The notes beneath the pieces were generated by a model, which made no database searches, was not told the DNA's origin, and was given only the letters and a program-made list of their open reading frames with translations. Of a stretch of DNA of 30,634 nt, positions 1-10,385 are shown in pieces. Position numbers and translations under genes: made by a program. Position 1 is the stretch's first letter, and each line of letters begins with the position of its first letter. The stretch is taken from assembly GCA_965644295.1 (NCBI GenBank), contig CBFFRP010000438.1:1-30634 (forward strand), written 5' to 3'. This DNA is from Paraphysomonas bandaiensis (lineage: Eukaryota; Protista; Chrysophyceae).

Positions 1-113
1 GCGCACCCCGCGAGCGAGGAACGAAGAATGACCGCACGCCAACACTGCCTCCCATCGGTTCCATTTCAGCAATTTCAGGTACTCTTTAACTCTCTTTTCA
101 AAGTTCTTTGCAT

Positions 114-147
<34 letters not shown>

Positions 148-367
148 CCACCAATATTTAGCTTTAGATGGAATTTACCACCCACTTAGAGCTGCAATCC
201 CAAGCAACTCGACTCATTGAAAGCCAGTCGTACACTCTCCATACCAGGCATAGACGGGACTATCACCCTCCATGGTGCAATTTTCTTAGAGACTTTGCCC
301 GGTACGTTGAGCTGACTTAGCTTCTCCAGACTACAATTCCGAAGATTTTCAGTCTGAGCTCTTCCCG

Positions 368-421
<54 letters not shown>

Positions 422-464
422 TATATGCTTAAATTCAGCGGGTAATCTTGACTGATTGGAGGTC
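1..464 (-). rRNA. 28S (LSU) rRNA 5' part (D1 region), running off the window start
   Basis: Reverse complement contains ACCCGCTGAATTTAAGCATATAACTAAGCGGAGGAAAAGAAACTAACCAGGATTCCCTCAGTAACGGCGAGTGAAGCGG and GAGACCGATAGCGAACAAGTACCGTGAGGGAAAGATG, which are conserved LSU motifs. Confidence 0.97.
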
Positions 465-668
465 CGAACGGATACTCACCGGGGCTCCTTTTACGCTAGA
501 GATGATGAAAGCGCGGTGCTTCAGAACCATAAGGTACTGTCACGTCGCGCCACCTAACTCAAGCAGAGCAGGGGCGAGTTCGGATTAGTGTCTCATCTAA
601 GCACATTGACTGGTAAAGCCAAAGGCCGACCCAGCTAAGCCAACAAGGATTAACTGTGGGGATGAACA
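465..668 (-). other. ITS2
   Basis: Lies between the 5.8S 3' end (GAGTGTC) and the LSU 5' end (GACCTC), which form the ITS2 proximal stem. Confidence 0.85.
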
Positions 669-760
669 GACACTCCAACAGACATACTCCCGAGTAACCG
701 GAAGTGCAAGTTGCGTTCAAAATTTTGATGACTCACTAAGATTTGCAATTCGCATTACGT
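669..760 (-). rRNA. 5.8S rRNA, 3' half only (5'-truncated)
   Basis: Minus strand reads ACGTAATGCGAATTGCAAATCTTAGTGAGTCATCAAAATTTTGAACGCAACTTGCACT. The expected upstream GATGAAGAACGCAGCGAAATGCGAT is absent and the sequence switches abruptly at 760/761. Confidence 0.9.
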
Positions 761-881
761 CTTACTGAATCCAATGTAGCTGACTCTCGTACTCTGTCAA
801 GAGCCTCCTCATTCGTAGTAATAACAATATAATTGAATAGCAATGAATATATAATAGTCAGCTACATTGGATTCAGTAAGA
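760..881. mobile_element. 122-bp cassette with perfect 26-bp terminal inverted repeats (MITE/foldback-like)
   Basis: TCTTACTGAATCCAATGTAGCTGACT (760-785) is the exact reverse complement of AGTCAGCTACATTGGATTCAGTAAGA (856-881). Confidence 0.6.
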
Positions 882-1594
882 ACAACCCTTAGGCTTATGC
901 TAGGAGGGCTGGATCCTTCCATTGTTAATGCCAATGAAGAGCAAATCCGAAATATCGGTATTGCTTTTGGCTTAAATAATGAAGAAGTAGAGATCCTGGT
1001 ATCTCAACGATAGCTTCCACTTTCGTATAGAGTTTCTCTCTAGCACCATATATAATGTTGTATTCGGAAAGTCCAGAACAAATAAGATACCCTAATTCGA
1101 GTATACTTCTTAACATATATTATACACGTGAATACAACAAAATACAATGCAATAAAAATCATTAGCAGACTATATAAGATACGTGACTAAATTACAAAAG
1201 GAAGAAATTCATGCCACCTTTCGTGTTGAGAAAATCTCCAAATGGCAGAAGAAAATTAGGGATGGGGTCTATACGTCAGAAACGAATCCCAAGAGGAGCC
1301 CATACGTCAGGAAGAGAAATGAAGACTAGTTATACAGCAAAATGCCAACGACGAAAATTTGCAGTGTTTTGAAGAGGGAAACAACTATCTATGGTTATTA
1401 ACCTCCAAATGAACCCATTCGACGACTACAAGACTATGATCAGGAGACTGAGAGCATTCGAGCATTCCACTGTAGACACCTTACTGACAGAATAGAGTAT
1501 ATGTCATCGTCACTTTTAGTAACACTTACTTCTATTCACACTTAGTAACAACTTAGTAACACTATATAGTATATAATAAATATATTGTCAATGT

Positions 1595-1885
1595 ATTGCA
1601 ATATATTAGTATGACTAATCAGTAGGTAAACACATTCGTAGATTTCATTTTCAGTATTAGTCATTAAGATCACATGACAACCAAACCAACTGCTGCTTAT
1701 AGCTACTAAAAATCCACCTCGTCCTCATCCTCTGAGCTCTGAGCCATCATCGATGAGGTCAACATCACCATATTCATCCACAGAATTAATTGAAATATGC
1801 TAGTATCCGGCCATAACTGTCGAATAGCGTTCAGAAACAACAGCATATTAAGTAGGATGGATACTTTTGCGCAACACTGATATAA
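1595..1885 (+). repeat. Diverged dispersed repeat, homologous to ~21220-21528
   Basis: Collinear shared blocks: ttgcaatat, taatcagta, aagatc(a/c)catga, gtcaacatcaccata, ttgaaatatgc, atccggc, tttgcgcaacactgat. Confidence 0.7.
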
Positions 1886-2186
1886 TATGTTATATATCTA
1901 TGAGCAGTTTATTTTCCAGTTTCATCGTCTATTATGTACTCAATGTGATGTAATCTAAGTGTTGCTCTGTTAATAACGCATACGGTATCGTGTGAAGGAA
2001 ATCTGAGCCTGAGTTTCTATCATATAAAAGAATTGTTCCATATCTACCCTACTCAGTATCATTCAAGTCAACTTCTTCATATATATATACATATATATAT
2101 GGTCTCCTTGTTCAGACATACGCTTAATAATGATATGATCTCCTACCTTTCCATCTACTGATTATCATATTGCTGTTATAAGTGTA

Positions 2187-2339
2187 TGCCCCATTCTGAG
2201 AGCGTACCCTAGTGAAGTGCTAGGAGTGTTGACTAAGCTAAGTAACGTATAGATTATTAAGAAAAACCTCAGCGTATTCTCTGTGTGCCGGCACCAAGAA
2301 AACTTGTTCAGCTAGATCTACACTATACTTGCATAGCCT
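2187..2339 (+). mobile_element. Truncated copy of the TGCCCCATTC-terminated MITE family
   Basis: Near-identical to 9741-9890; ends at a TATG tract. Confidence 0.75.
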
Positions 2340-2371
2340 GTATGTATGCACGTATGTATGTATGTATGTAT

Positions 2372-2872
2372 TGTGGTGGCTGATGCTCTAAGTCGAGTTT
2401 GTGGGGTGGACGCATCCGACGAGGTAGTGGAGCCTTTCCAGCATATTCGCGAGTGGGCTCGTGAAGTTCGCACCTTTCGAAATGTCAAGGATGTCATGGA
2501 CTGGGGTGCGGACCTCAAGTTGAGGCTAGAGAAGGAAGAAGGCTCATGGACATGGGAGGAGAACAAGGTTTGGATAGAGGATTTCAAACGTTCCCTCCGT
2601 ATTGATCTTCCGAGTTTGATCATGGAACGGAAGATCAATACGGAGGGAACGTTTGAAATCCTCTATCCAAACCTTGTTCTCCTCCCATGTCCATGAGCCT
2701 TCTTCCTTCTCTAGCCTCAACTTGAGGTCCGCACCCCAGTCCATGACATCCTTGACATTTCGAAAGGTGCGAACTTCACGAGCCCACTCGCGAATATGCT
2801 GGAAATGTTCCTCTACCTCGTCGGATGCGTCCACCCCACAAACTCGACGCACTAAGAGCATCAGCCACCACA
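2372..2872. repeat. Long palindrome: arms 2372-2612 and 2628-2872 with a 15-nt spacer, derived from a coding exon
   Basis: The inner ~178 bp are perfectly complementary; 3 substitutions and one ~4-nt indel occur distally. Both strands encode the same peptide (..QHIREWAREVRTFRNVKDVMDWGADLKLRLEKEEGSWTWEENKVWIEDFKRSLRIDLP). Confidence 0.95.
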
Positions 2873-2902
2873 GTATGTATGTACTGAGAGGTGTATATAT
2901 GC

Positions 2903-2971
2903 ATGTATGTATGTATGTATGTATGTATGTATGTATGTATGTATGTATGTATGTATGTATGTATGTATGTA
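2903..2971. repeat. (TATG)n microsatellite
   Basis: Direct tetranucleotide repeat. Confidence 0.97.
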
Positions 2972-5312
2972 TCCTACCACACAAGTCCAGAAAAATTAAT
3001 TCTGTTTTTTTGTATGGGAGTGTGTGTAGGGGGGGGGTTGAAGTGGAGATATTCTGGTCTGCAGAATTCTGCGTTTATGTACGTGATTCTGCGTTAATGT
3101 ACGTCCCTCTTAACGACCATATCGAGCGTATGGCTGCGTAAAAGTACTTATATATATATATAGTCTTGTAGAGGACTCTTATTACTACTATGTGCCTTAC
3201 TGACAATATCTACCGTGTGTAATCAGGTCAGTATTCCCAGTGAATAAGCGAACGTCATGAAATAACAAATATGTTCCAGTGGCCACCATAAGGCGCGATG
3301 ACAACACCTAAGAACTGTTTAAGTATCGATATCAGGCAGTCTAATATGCCATACCTCTCATTGGGTGGCTTCATACTCCACTACGTTTGCCATAAAGGTG
3401 TCTGGTATTACACTTACCAGGGTCAGTCAGAGCAGTGTAAATTGATTGATGATAATTAGAATTGTTGTAGTTTCTTAGAGCCGTGCACAAACTGGTGATG
3501 GGGGAGTACTTAATGCCTGTCACTTGTATTTTTTGCGAGCCGAGCCAGGAAATGCGTTGACTGTGGCCAAGCATTACTGCTTCGAATTGATTGGCAATCG
3601 AAGCAAGCCTTTGTAGTGCTACAGTTGAGAGACGTGTTGATGCGTATTCCGAACGGCAATGTCAGTGATACCGTCAAATTAGTTTTTAATGTTTGCATGT
3701 GTTGCAACGTTAAATATCGGGATGTACCGAAACCTTCATAAGATCAATTAGAAGCATATCTAGAGGACAAAACAAGAGTTATTATTGATAGTTATCCAAG
3801 TCAAGAACTATCCAGTATCAAGAATTATAGTCCAAAGCTTCATGGAATGTACAGCTTGTGAAAGGTTTAAACTTGGCACAAAGGTGTACATGAATTTCTA
3901 ATGAGAAAGCAAAGAAATTAACTTCGATTAGTTTGGATATATATATTTTTAGTAAGCCATTCGTGCCTATGATTATTATTTCCGTAATTAAGTGTTTGAA
4001 TCATCGCTTGGGGGTGTTGAAGTGCTGTCCGAGATAGTTTCCAGTAGTTTTAATATTTATAGATATTGTAGTGCGTATGTATTGTGTTATATCCACACAT
4101 TAAGCTACAACCAACTCCATAATGGGGTAATAATATAATAAAAGCATACCGGGGTACTGAGGGGAGGTTGTAAGGCACTGAGGTAGCATGCATGGGTGCC
4201 TTGGCTAGTGGCTATACCTAGGCAGTACGGAGAATTAGGAGAGAAGAGTGCATAATATTCAATTGTTATAAAACATATATATATATAATTTCAAGATTAT
4301 GAAAGCATTATAGACATAGCATAGAGTGTACTTTGATGCTTTGGTTTCCTCTGGGGGTGATATGGGGGCTGATGGGGTGGTGCATGTAAGTGCTTGTGAT
4401 TGGGGTATAATGTATAATTAGTAGTTGGTGTGATAAGAGTTTCCATACGCGTCAACATGTGTATAAAGCCAAAATATAGCTAAACATACAATGTTCATAT
4501 TGTATACAATGTACTTGTCATGTTTTTCATCATCTGGAGGTCACCTAACAGCCTCTGGTGGTTGACATATAGAGGAGAACTATATCTGTATTGGAATAGT
4601 AAACTACAAGCTTATTATTATTATTTCTTGGGTTATCTGCTGTCAACGTATATGTACTTATGATTTACTTGCTTTTACGGTGTCTATGAAGATGCACTCG
4701 GCTCAAGGGCTCACTGTGATGAATATTGGTGATATGCACATTAAGGGTGTGAGCGTGTGTCAATGTGTTTCAACTCTGTACATATTTTCATAATCTCACT
4801 ATAGAAAAGACAAAAGTTACACGCTCTATGAGTATAAATATACATAGACTCCGTATATTTAAGTCAACTTTTGGCCTTCTACTGCTCTTCTTCTTCATAC
4901 TTACCAGATCGCCTGCTTGCTCAATAAGATGCTTAATAACGACTGGAATGACCCACTTAATGATGCCACGAATAAACCTCGTTTTATATTTCCTTTAAAG
5001 GGTTGTGACATTGCTGTCTTATGTCGATATTGTCTTGTATTTGTTGCTATCTTTTAATGTGTCTATCATGTCTTTTATCTCTTCCACAGATAGAGCTCCA
5101 TTATTGGGGTAAACCGTATGCAATAAATTACCTTTTTTACATCTACCCTTTTCTCAATAGAATGCTGTATTTTTAGGGTAAAAATAGTAAAAATAGTAAA
5201 AATGGGAGAAAAAAATAAATTGCCGCCATCCTTTAATCTGAGGGTGTGAGGAATAGTGAGTGGTGATGATGAGTGAGAACTTTTCTCGTTTTTCTGGACT
5301 TGTCTGGTAGGA
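2972..5312. mobile_element. 2.34-kb non-autonomous TIR DNA element inserted in a (TATG)n tract
   Basis: 24-bp inverted repeats with 1 mismatch: TCCTACCACACAAGTCCAGAAAAA (2972-2995) and TTTTTCTGGACTTGTCTGGTAGGA (5289-5312). The same microsatellite abuts both sides; no intact ORF inside. Confidence 0.7.
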
Positions 5313-5493
5313 ATGTATGTATGTATGTATGTATGTATGTATGTATGTATGTATGTATGTATGTATGTATGTATGTATGTATGTATGTATGTATGTATGT
5401 ATGTATGTATGTAGGTATGTATGTATGTATGTATGTATGTATGTATGTATGTATGTATGTATGTATGTATGTATGTATGTATGTATGTATGTA
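5313..5493. repeat. (TATG)n microsatellite, ~180 bp
   Basis: Direct tetranucleotide repeat. Confidence 0.97.
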
Positions 5494-5657
5494 CGTACGT
5501 AGGTAGGTATCTGACTGCTAGGAAAATTCTTTTGTTTGGTTTGTGTCCTCGTAATATGTATGTCTAGTCGTACTCTGTGCCGTATATAATATATATACAT
5601 ACTCATCTGCTGTAACACTCTATTAGTCTCATATAAACTTTGAATCAGTGTTCATAT

Positions 5658-7203
5658 ATGTCGCATATATCAGTTCTTAATGATGATGTTCTTCATCTCA
5701 TTATCTCTATGATCCCACATGGAGCTCTCCTTCCAGTGAAACTGTCTTGTAAGAGATTTCACACTATGGTTGATTTTGCATACATCTCGCCAAAGTACTG
5801 GCACTTTTAAGGTTGCGTGGATAGGATATAAGCGGGTGATAAAATGGGTTCCTAACCCTCACTATTGTATTAACAACTCAATGGTCTCATGGGCTCTGTC
5901 TATGGGTTGCCCACATGTCGATCTAATGAGTACATGTGCACTATGCGGCAGACTAGAGCAGATGATACACCTCATGAGCCATATACGTACACATACACAC
6001 ACACACGACCCCACATACATATGGGGTCAGAGATTGACTGCAGCTAAAGCTGCACAGGGTGGACACTTGGATGTACTGAAGTGGCTTCGTTCACAGGACC
6101 CTCCATGTCCCTGGGGTAGAATCACTTGTATTAAAGCTGCAGAGGGTGGACACTTGGATGTTCTGAAGTGGCTTCGTTCACAGGACCCTCCATGTCCCTG
6201 GGGTAGAATCATTTGTATTAAAGCTGCACAGGGTGGACACTTGGATGTACTGAAGTGGCTTCGTTCACAGGACCCTCCATGTCCCTGGGATGTACTTACT
6301 TGCAGGTATGCTGCAGAGGGTGGACACTTGGATGTACTGAAGTGGCTTCGTTCACAGGACCCTCCATGTCCCTGGGATAGATGGACTTGCATTTGTGCTG
6401 CAAGAGGTGGACACTTGGATGTACTGAAATGGGTTCATTCACAGGACCCTCCATGTCCCTGGGTCTGGGATGCGGAAAGTTGCATTGGTGCTGCAGAGGG
6501 TGGACAATTGGAGGCATTGAAGTGGCTTCGTTCACAGGACCTTCCATGTCGATGGAATGAACAGACTTGCTATGCTGCTGCACAGGGTGGACACTTGGAG
6601 GTACTAAAGTGGCTTCGTTCACAGGACCCTCCATGTCCATGGAGTAAAACCTCTTGCGATTGTGCTGCAGAGGGTGGACACGTGGAGGTGCTAAAGTGGC
6701 TTCGTTCACAGGACCCTCCATGTCCCTGGGATGAAGAGACTTGCAAGGATGCTGCTTATTGTGGACACTTGGATGTACTGAAGTGGCTTCGTTCACAGGA
6801 CCCTCCATGTCCCTGGGATGAACTTACTTGCAGGTATGCTGCAGAGGGTGGACACTTGGATGTACTGAAGTGGCTTCGTTCACAGGACCCTCCATGTCCC
6901 TGGGATGAACTTACTTGCAGGTATGCTGCACAGGGTGGACACTTGGATGTACTGAAGTGGCTTCGTTCACAGGACCCTCCATGTCCCTGGGATGAACAGA
7001 CTTGCTTTACTGCTCTTATTGGTAAAAGATTGAATGTTCTGAAGTGGCTTCGTTCACAGGACCCTCCATGTCCCTGGGATGAATGGACTTGCACTACTGC
7101 TATCAGCTATGGATGGACAGTTGAATGTCCTGAATCGGCTTCATTCCCAGGACACAGGGAAATGTTGCTGCAGGACACAGGACACACAGAGAGGAGGAAG
7201 TAG
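5658..7203 (+). CDS. F-box-like protein with 12 ankyrin-like 29-aa repeats (GHLxVLKW...CPW type). Model: exon 5658-5768, 43-nt intron, exon 5812-7203
   Basis: 5658 ATG gives MSHISVLNDDVLHLIISMIPHGALLPVKLSCKRFHTM (F-box pattern L-x-DD-VL-x-LI...CKRF). A GT..AG intron at 5769-5811 joins it in phase 0 to ORF 5770-7203, which carries 12 x GGHLDVLKWLRSQDPPCPW. A frameshift is an alternative to the intron. Confidence 0.8.
6049..7150 (+). repeat. 87-bp tandem coding repeat, 12 full units plus a frameshifted 13th
   Basis: ggacacttggatgtactgaagtggcttcgttcacaggaccctccatgtccctggg recurs with period 87 (e.g. 6061, 6148, 6235); one unit has 6 extra bp. Confidence 0.97.
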
Positions 7204-7404
7204 GCAACCGGCGCTTGTGCTGCAAAGGCATCCCTCTTGCGCCGGGAAGGCGCTCCGTACAAAGTTTTATTATTCTTTCCTTATCACTCTAAGTTCTTAT
7301 CATAATAAGAGTAATACTATACTTTAAATAACAACTTATCAAGATTTGATATATCTTACGAATGGAATAAAATTAACACCTAATACTGAGAATTAGAAAT
7401 TATA

Positions 7405-7752
7405 ATCCATGTCTCATATCATTCACTAATTTCATGTTATCACTACAACCACTCTTCTCTCGTACGATATTACATCGTCACTATCCTCTCTGCATGACCA
7501 CAATATATCCGTTTTACGTTTCACTACTATATACTTAACTATATACTTAAGGTCATGGTGTAAGGGACAGTTGCACCATGGTGCCCGCAGCGATGCACAA
7601 GCAGTCACTAGTAGTATATAGCACGCCCAGTTATTAGTTAGCCTAGAGATGTAAAACTAGTTTCTGGACACAACTGTTCTCATGTAATAATCAGATATTC
7701 TTATATGGTCATGGTGTTAGATCTTATAATACGGTTAACCACTACTGTATAC
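7405..7752 (+). repeat. Old dispersed repeat family, also at ~16300-16545, ~16845-16875 and ~18050-18175
   Basis: Shared blocks: aatttcatgtt, gtacgat..ta(c/t)atcgtcactatc, gttaaccactact; aagcaaaactcaa/cagcaaaactcaa is shared by the 16.5 and 18.1 kb copies. Confidence 0.6.
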
Positions 7753-7770
7753 TTTGAGGGGCGGTATAGT

Positions 7771-9640
7771 TATATTTAACCACGGGCAATAAGGAGGTTA
7801 TATCGTCCCGCGCTCAAAATTTTGAAACGAGGGCGAAAAGCCCGAGTTTTAATATTATATTGAAAATATTGAAATTCTTATTATTTAGCAAGCGGCGTTA
7901 AAAATCTGCACCAATGTAGTGGCTAGTTGAATGCTAGACAGACTATTTAGACCTCTACCCATAACTAATCAGCACACACTTTTTTTATCCTACTATTTAG
8001 CGCTACAGAAGCTGCTTGTGCGTCGCCGCAAGCACCAAGGTGCGACCAAACCGTTCTTAATGTTGATTCTGAGGTTCGCCGTGATCGTGTGTCCTAGGAC
8101 TCACTGGCGGATGTGATCAGGGGGTCTCCCCCTGGGATGAGATTCCGCCGGGCTGTGTGGAGGCACAGGGTTCTGTAGTAAGGTTCTGAGTGTACCTAGC
8201 GTTAGGCGTGTGGTCTGAGAGGTGGGTGGAGGGGTGTAATGTGGTGCTGTGGCGGGAATATAATCAGTGAGCAAAGCAAGTGGTGGATCGGTCATTTTTG
8301 GAGATTTGGTTTGTCTAGTCCCCGTACATTTTTGCGGTCCGTCACCACTATTGTCGGAGGAAAATTCCTTCCCTTGGTGAGTGTATGAGGGGTAGTTGCA
8401 GGATTGTCGCTGTTGTGTCCTTTGAACTCCTCTGGACCTATATGGTGATTCCTTATGGAGACGAATGCTTACAAGTGTAGGAATTATTTCTAGCAGTGGA
8501 TGAAGCTTTTGCTGTCTTAGCCAGCGGCAGAGAACACATGCAAGAGAGTGTATAGCTGGACAGGAGTGGGATATGAGGGTCATCCGGTGTGTCCAGCAAC
8601 AGGGAGTCGAGAGGGAGTGTGATGATCCAAGATGAGGCACACTATCTGATTGAGGAGTGTGAGACTGTGTACTATAACTAGGTCTGCCAAGGTCGAGTAC
8701 TCTGATAGACCTATGCACGAGATGATCATGATGGTCTTGTGGAGAGACTCGGATGTCCTCAACTGCCCTTGTTAGTGTGTACGTTAATGCAGGGGGTACA
8801 GGCTGAGGCATATATAGTGTGCGTGGAAGAGAGATGACGGCAAGGTATCAGAGACGAAGGGAGGGGAGATAGTTTGTCTGGGGGTTTTTGAGGAGGAGGT
8901 AGAGTGTAAGGTGCGTGTGTACGACAGTGCAGTGGTGTTATGAGTGTGTTGGACAGAGAGAGAGAGAGCTGGTGATGTGTCCAACAGTACAGGTATACAA
9001 GTACATGTACATCACCCAATGAGGTGTGTATACTGTAGGGATGATAGGTAGGCAGGGTGATGGGGGAGGCTGCTAGGTTACTGCACCTCTGGCAAACCAT
9101 ATTGACTTGGCTTGTGTGGTTGTCAAGAGATAGTCCATTTGTACTATGGAATGGGGTCGATAAGAAGGAGGGGGTGCAGAGCATGTACGAGGAGGCAGTT
9201 TGTGATTACCTGTCCACGGGAGCCACGCTATAAATCGCTGTAACCGGAGAGATCGGTGTACTAAACGTGGGTGTCTACTAGGGTGGTAGTAGAGAGTAGG
9301 TTGCAGCGCTGCAGTGGTGCAGGCACATGATTTAACTGAGACAGTTAGGCAAAAGGGGAATTGCAATGCCAAGCAATGGAGCTTGGAATGTTTGGACAAG
9401 AGTTTTGTCGGTAAGGTGGTGGTGTGATACAAAATGCAGCAGTGTGTGCGGAGAAGATGCCATACTGGGCCTGGGCCAGCCAATGTAACACAGCCACGGT
9501 CTCAACTGAGACATAGAGCGTGGTGCGAGATGAAAAGATGTAACTTTTTGTTGGGCTATATTTTCAACCAGATCAAGGGAATTATCCCGAGTCTTAAAAG
9601 TTAGACAAGGGACGATACTCCTTATCCCTAGGTTTAATTG
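7771..9640 (-). mobile_element. Decayed element with imperfect inverted ends and a possible tyrosine-recombinase remnant (Crypton/DIRS-like)
   Basis: Left end ataaggaggttatatcgtccc plus hairpin gagggcgaaaagcccgag; right end gggacgatactccttat plus aagggaattatcccgag. The interior is GC-richer, with frame-broken minus-strand motifs RTSES, IGPEEFKGH and RQ*W*RTAKMY resembling YR R..HxxR..W..Y boxes. Confidence 0.4.
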
Positions 9641-9740
9641 CAGCTTATCCTCATGATGTTGAAAACTTAATAATATTAGATCGTAGAGCTATTAGAAGCT
9701 TGGTTTCTGTAATACGAAATAGGTGTTTCCTGATTAACAT

Positions 9741-10179
9741 TGCCCCATTCTGAGAGCGTACCCTAGTGAAGTGCTAGTGTTGACTAAGCTAAGTAACGTA
9801 TAGATTATTAATAAAAACCTCAGCGTATTCTCTGTGTGTTGGCACCAAGAAAACTTGTTCAGCTAGATCTACACTATACTTGCATAGCCTATATGAGATT
9901 ACGAGAAACCCCGCGCATTCTAGGGGAGGGAAGGGGGCGGCTAATGTCGCACTAGACCTATACTGAGTCATGCATGGTCACGAAAATCCCCGCGTAATCT
10001 TTGATAGGTAGTAATGGGAAGGTACACATGGTCCTACTAGAATCTGCGCGAATTATATCTATAAAAGTCATGCATAGTTATGAAAAATTCCTCATAATCT
10101 CAGCAAAGGTTAACACAAGAGTGAGGGGACAATAGAATCTGCGCGTGATCTATTTGGTCAGCTAAGTTGGTACATGGGG
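9741..10179 (+). mobile_element. MITE family copy (one TIR, other end truncated)
   Basis: Begins TGCCCCATTCTGAG and aligns over ~440 bp to the reverse complement of ~15440-15851; internal motifs agaatctgcgcg and ccccgcg are repeated. Confidence 0.75.
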
Positions 10180-10287
10180 CAGCTATCACACGTTTATAGC
10201 TATATGCATCTTGTCCAGCATAGCTCGAGCATATGCAGAGATAGTGTTCTCAACATCCTTTGTATATTTTTGTTCCAAGATGCCTCT

Positions 10288-10385
10288 AATATTGAGACAA
10301 CAATTTTGTGTATTCCATCTGTAGTTGCACTTCAGTAATATAGCACATTTTTGCTTCAATTTATTCCCGAAAAATAAGATGCATA
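10288..10385 (+). repeat. Dispersed repeat shared with ~23555-23650
   Basis: tattgagacaacaatt...tgtattcca...gtagtt...cagtaatatag...tgcttcaatttatt.ccgaaaaataagatg is present in both. Confidence 0.75.

Noticed and set aside
905-925. GGATCCTTCC resembling the 18S 3' end (TGATCCTTCCGCAGG)
   Set aside because: Only a 9-nt match; the flanking 18S sequence is absent.
5154-5618. ORFs reading MYVC/HTYI repeats (also 2653-3141, 2891-3097, 20180-20515)
   Set aside because: Translation artefacts of (TATG)n microsatellites.
6027-7094. Minus-strand repetitive ORFs (QGHGGSCERSHF, MEGPVNEAT)
   Set aside because: Antisense shadows of the repeat gene.
6049-7100. CRISPR-like repeat-spacer appearance of the 87-bp array
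   Set aside because: It is an in-frame coding repeat in a eukaryotic gene; the variable blocks are homologous to each other, and no cas genes are present.
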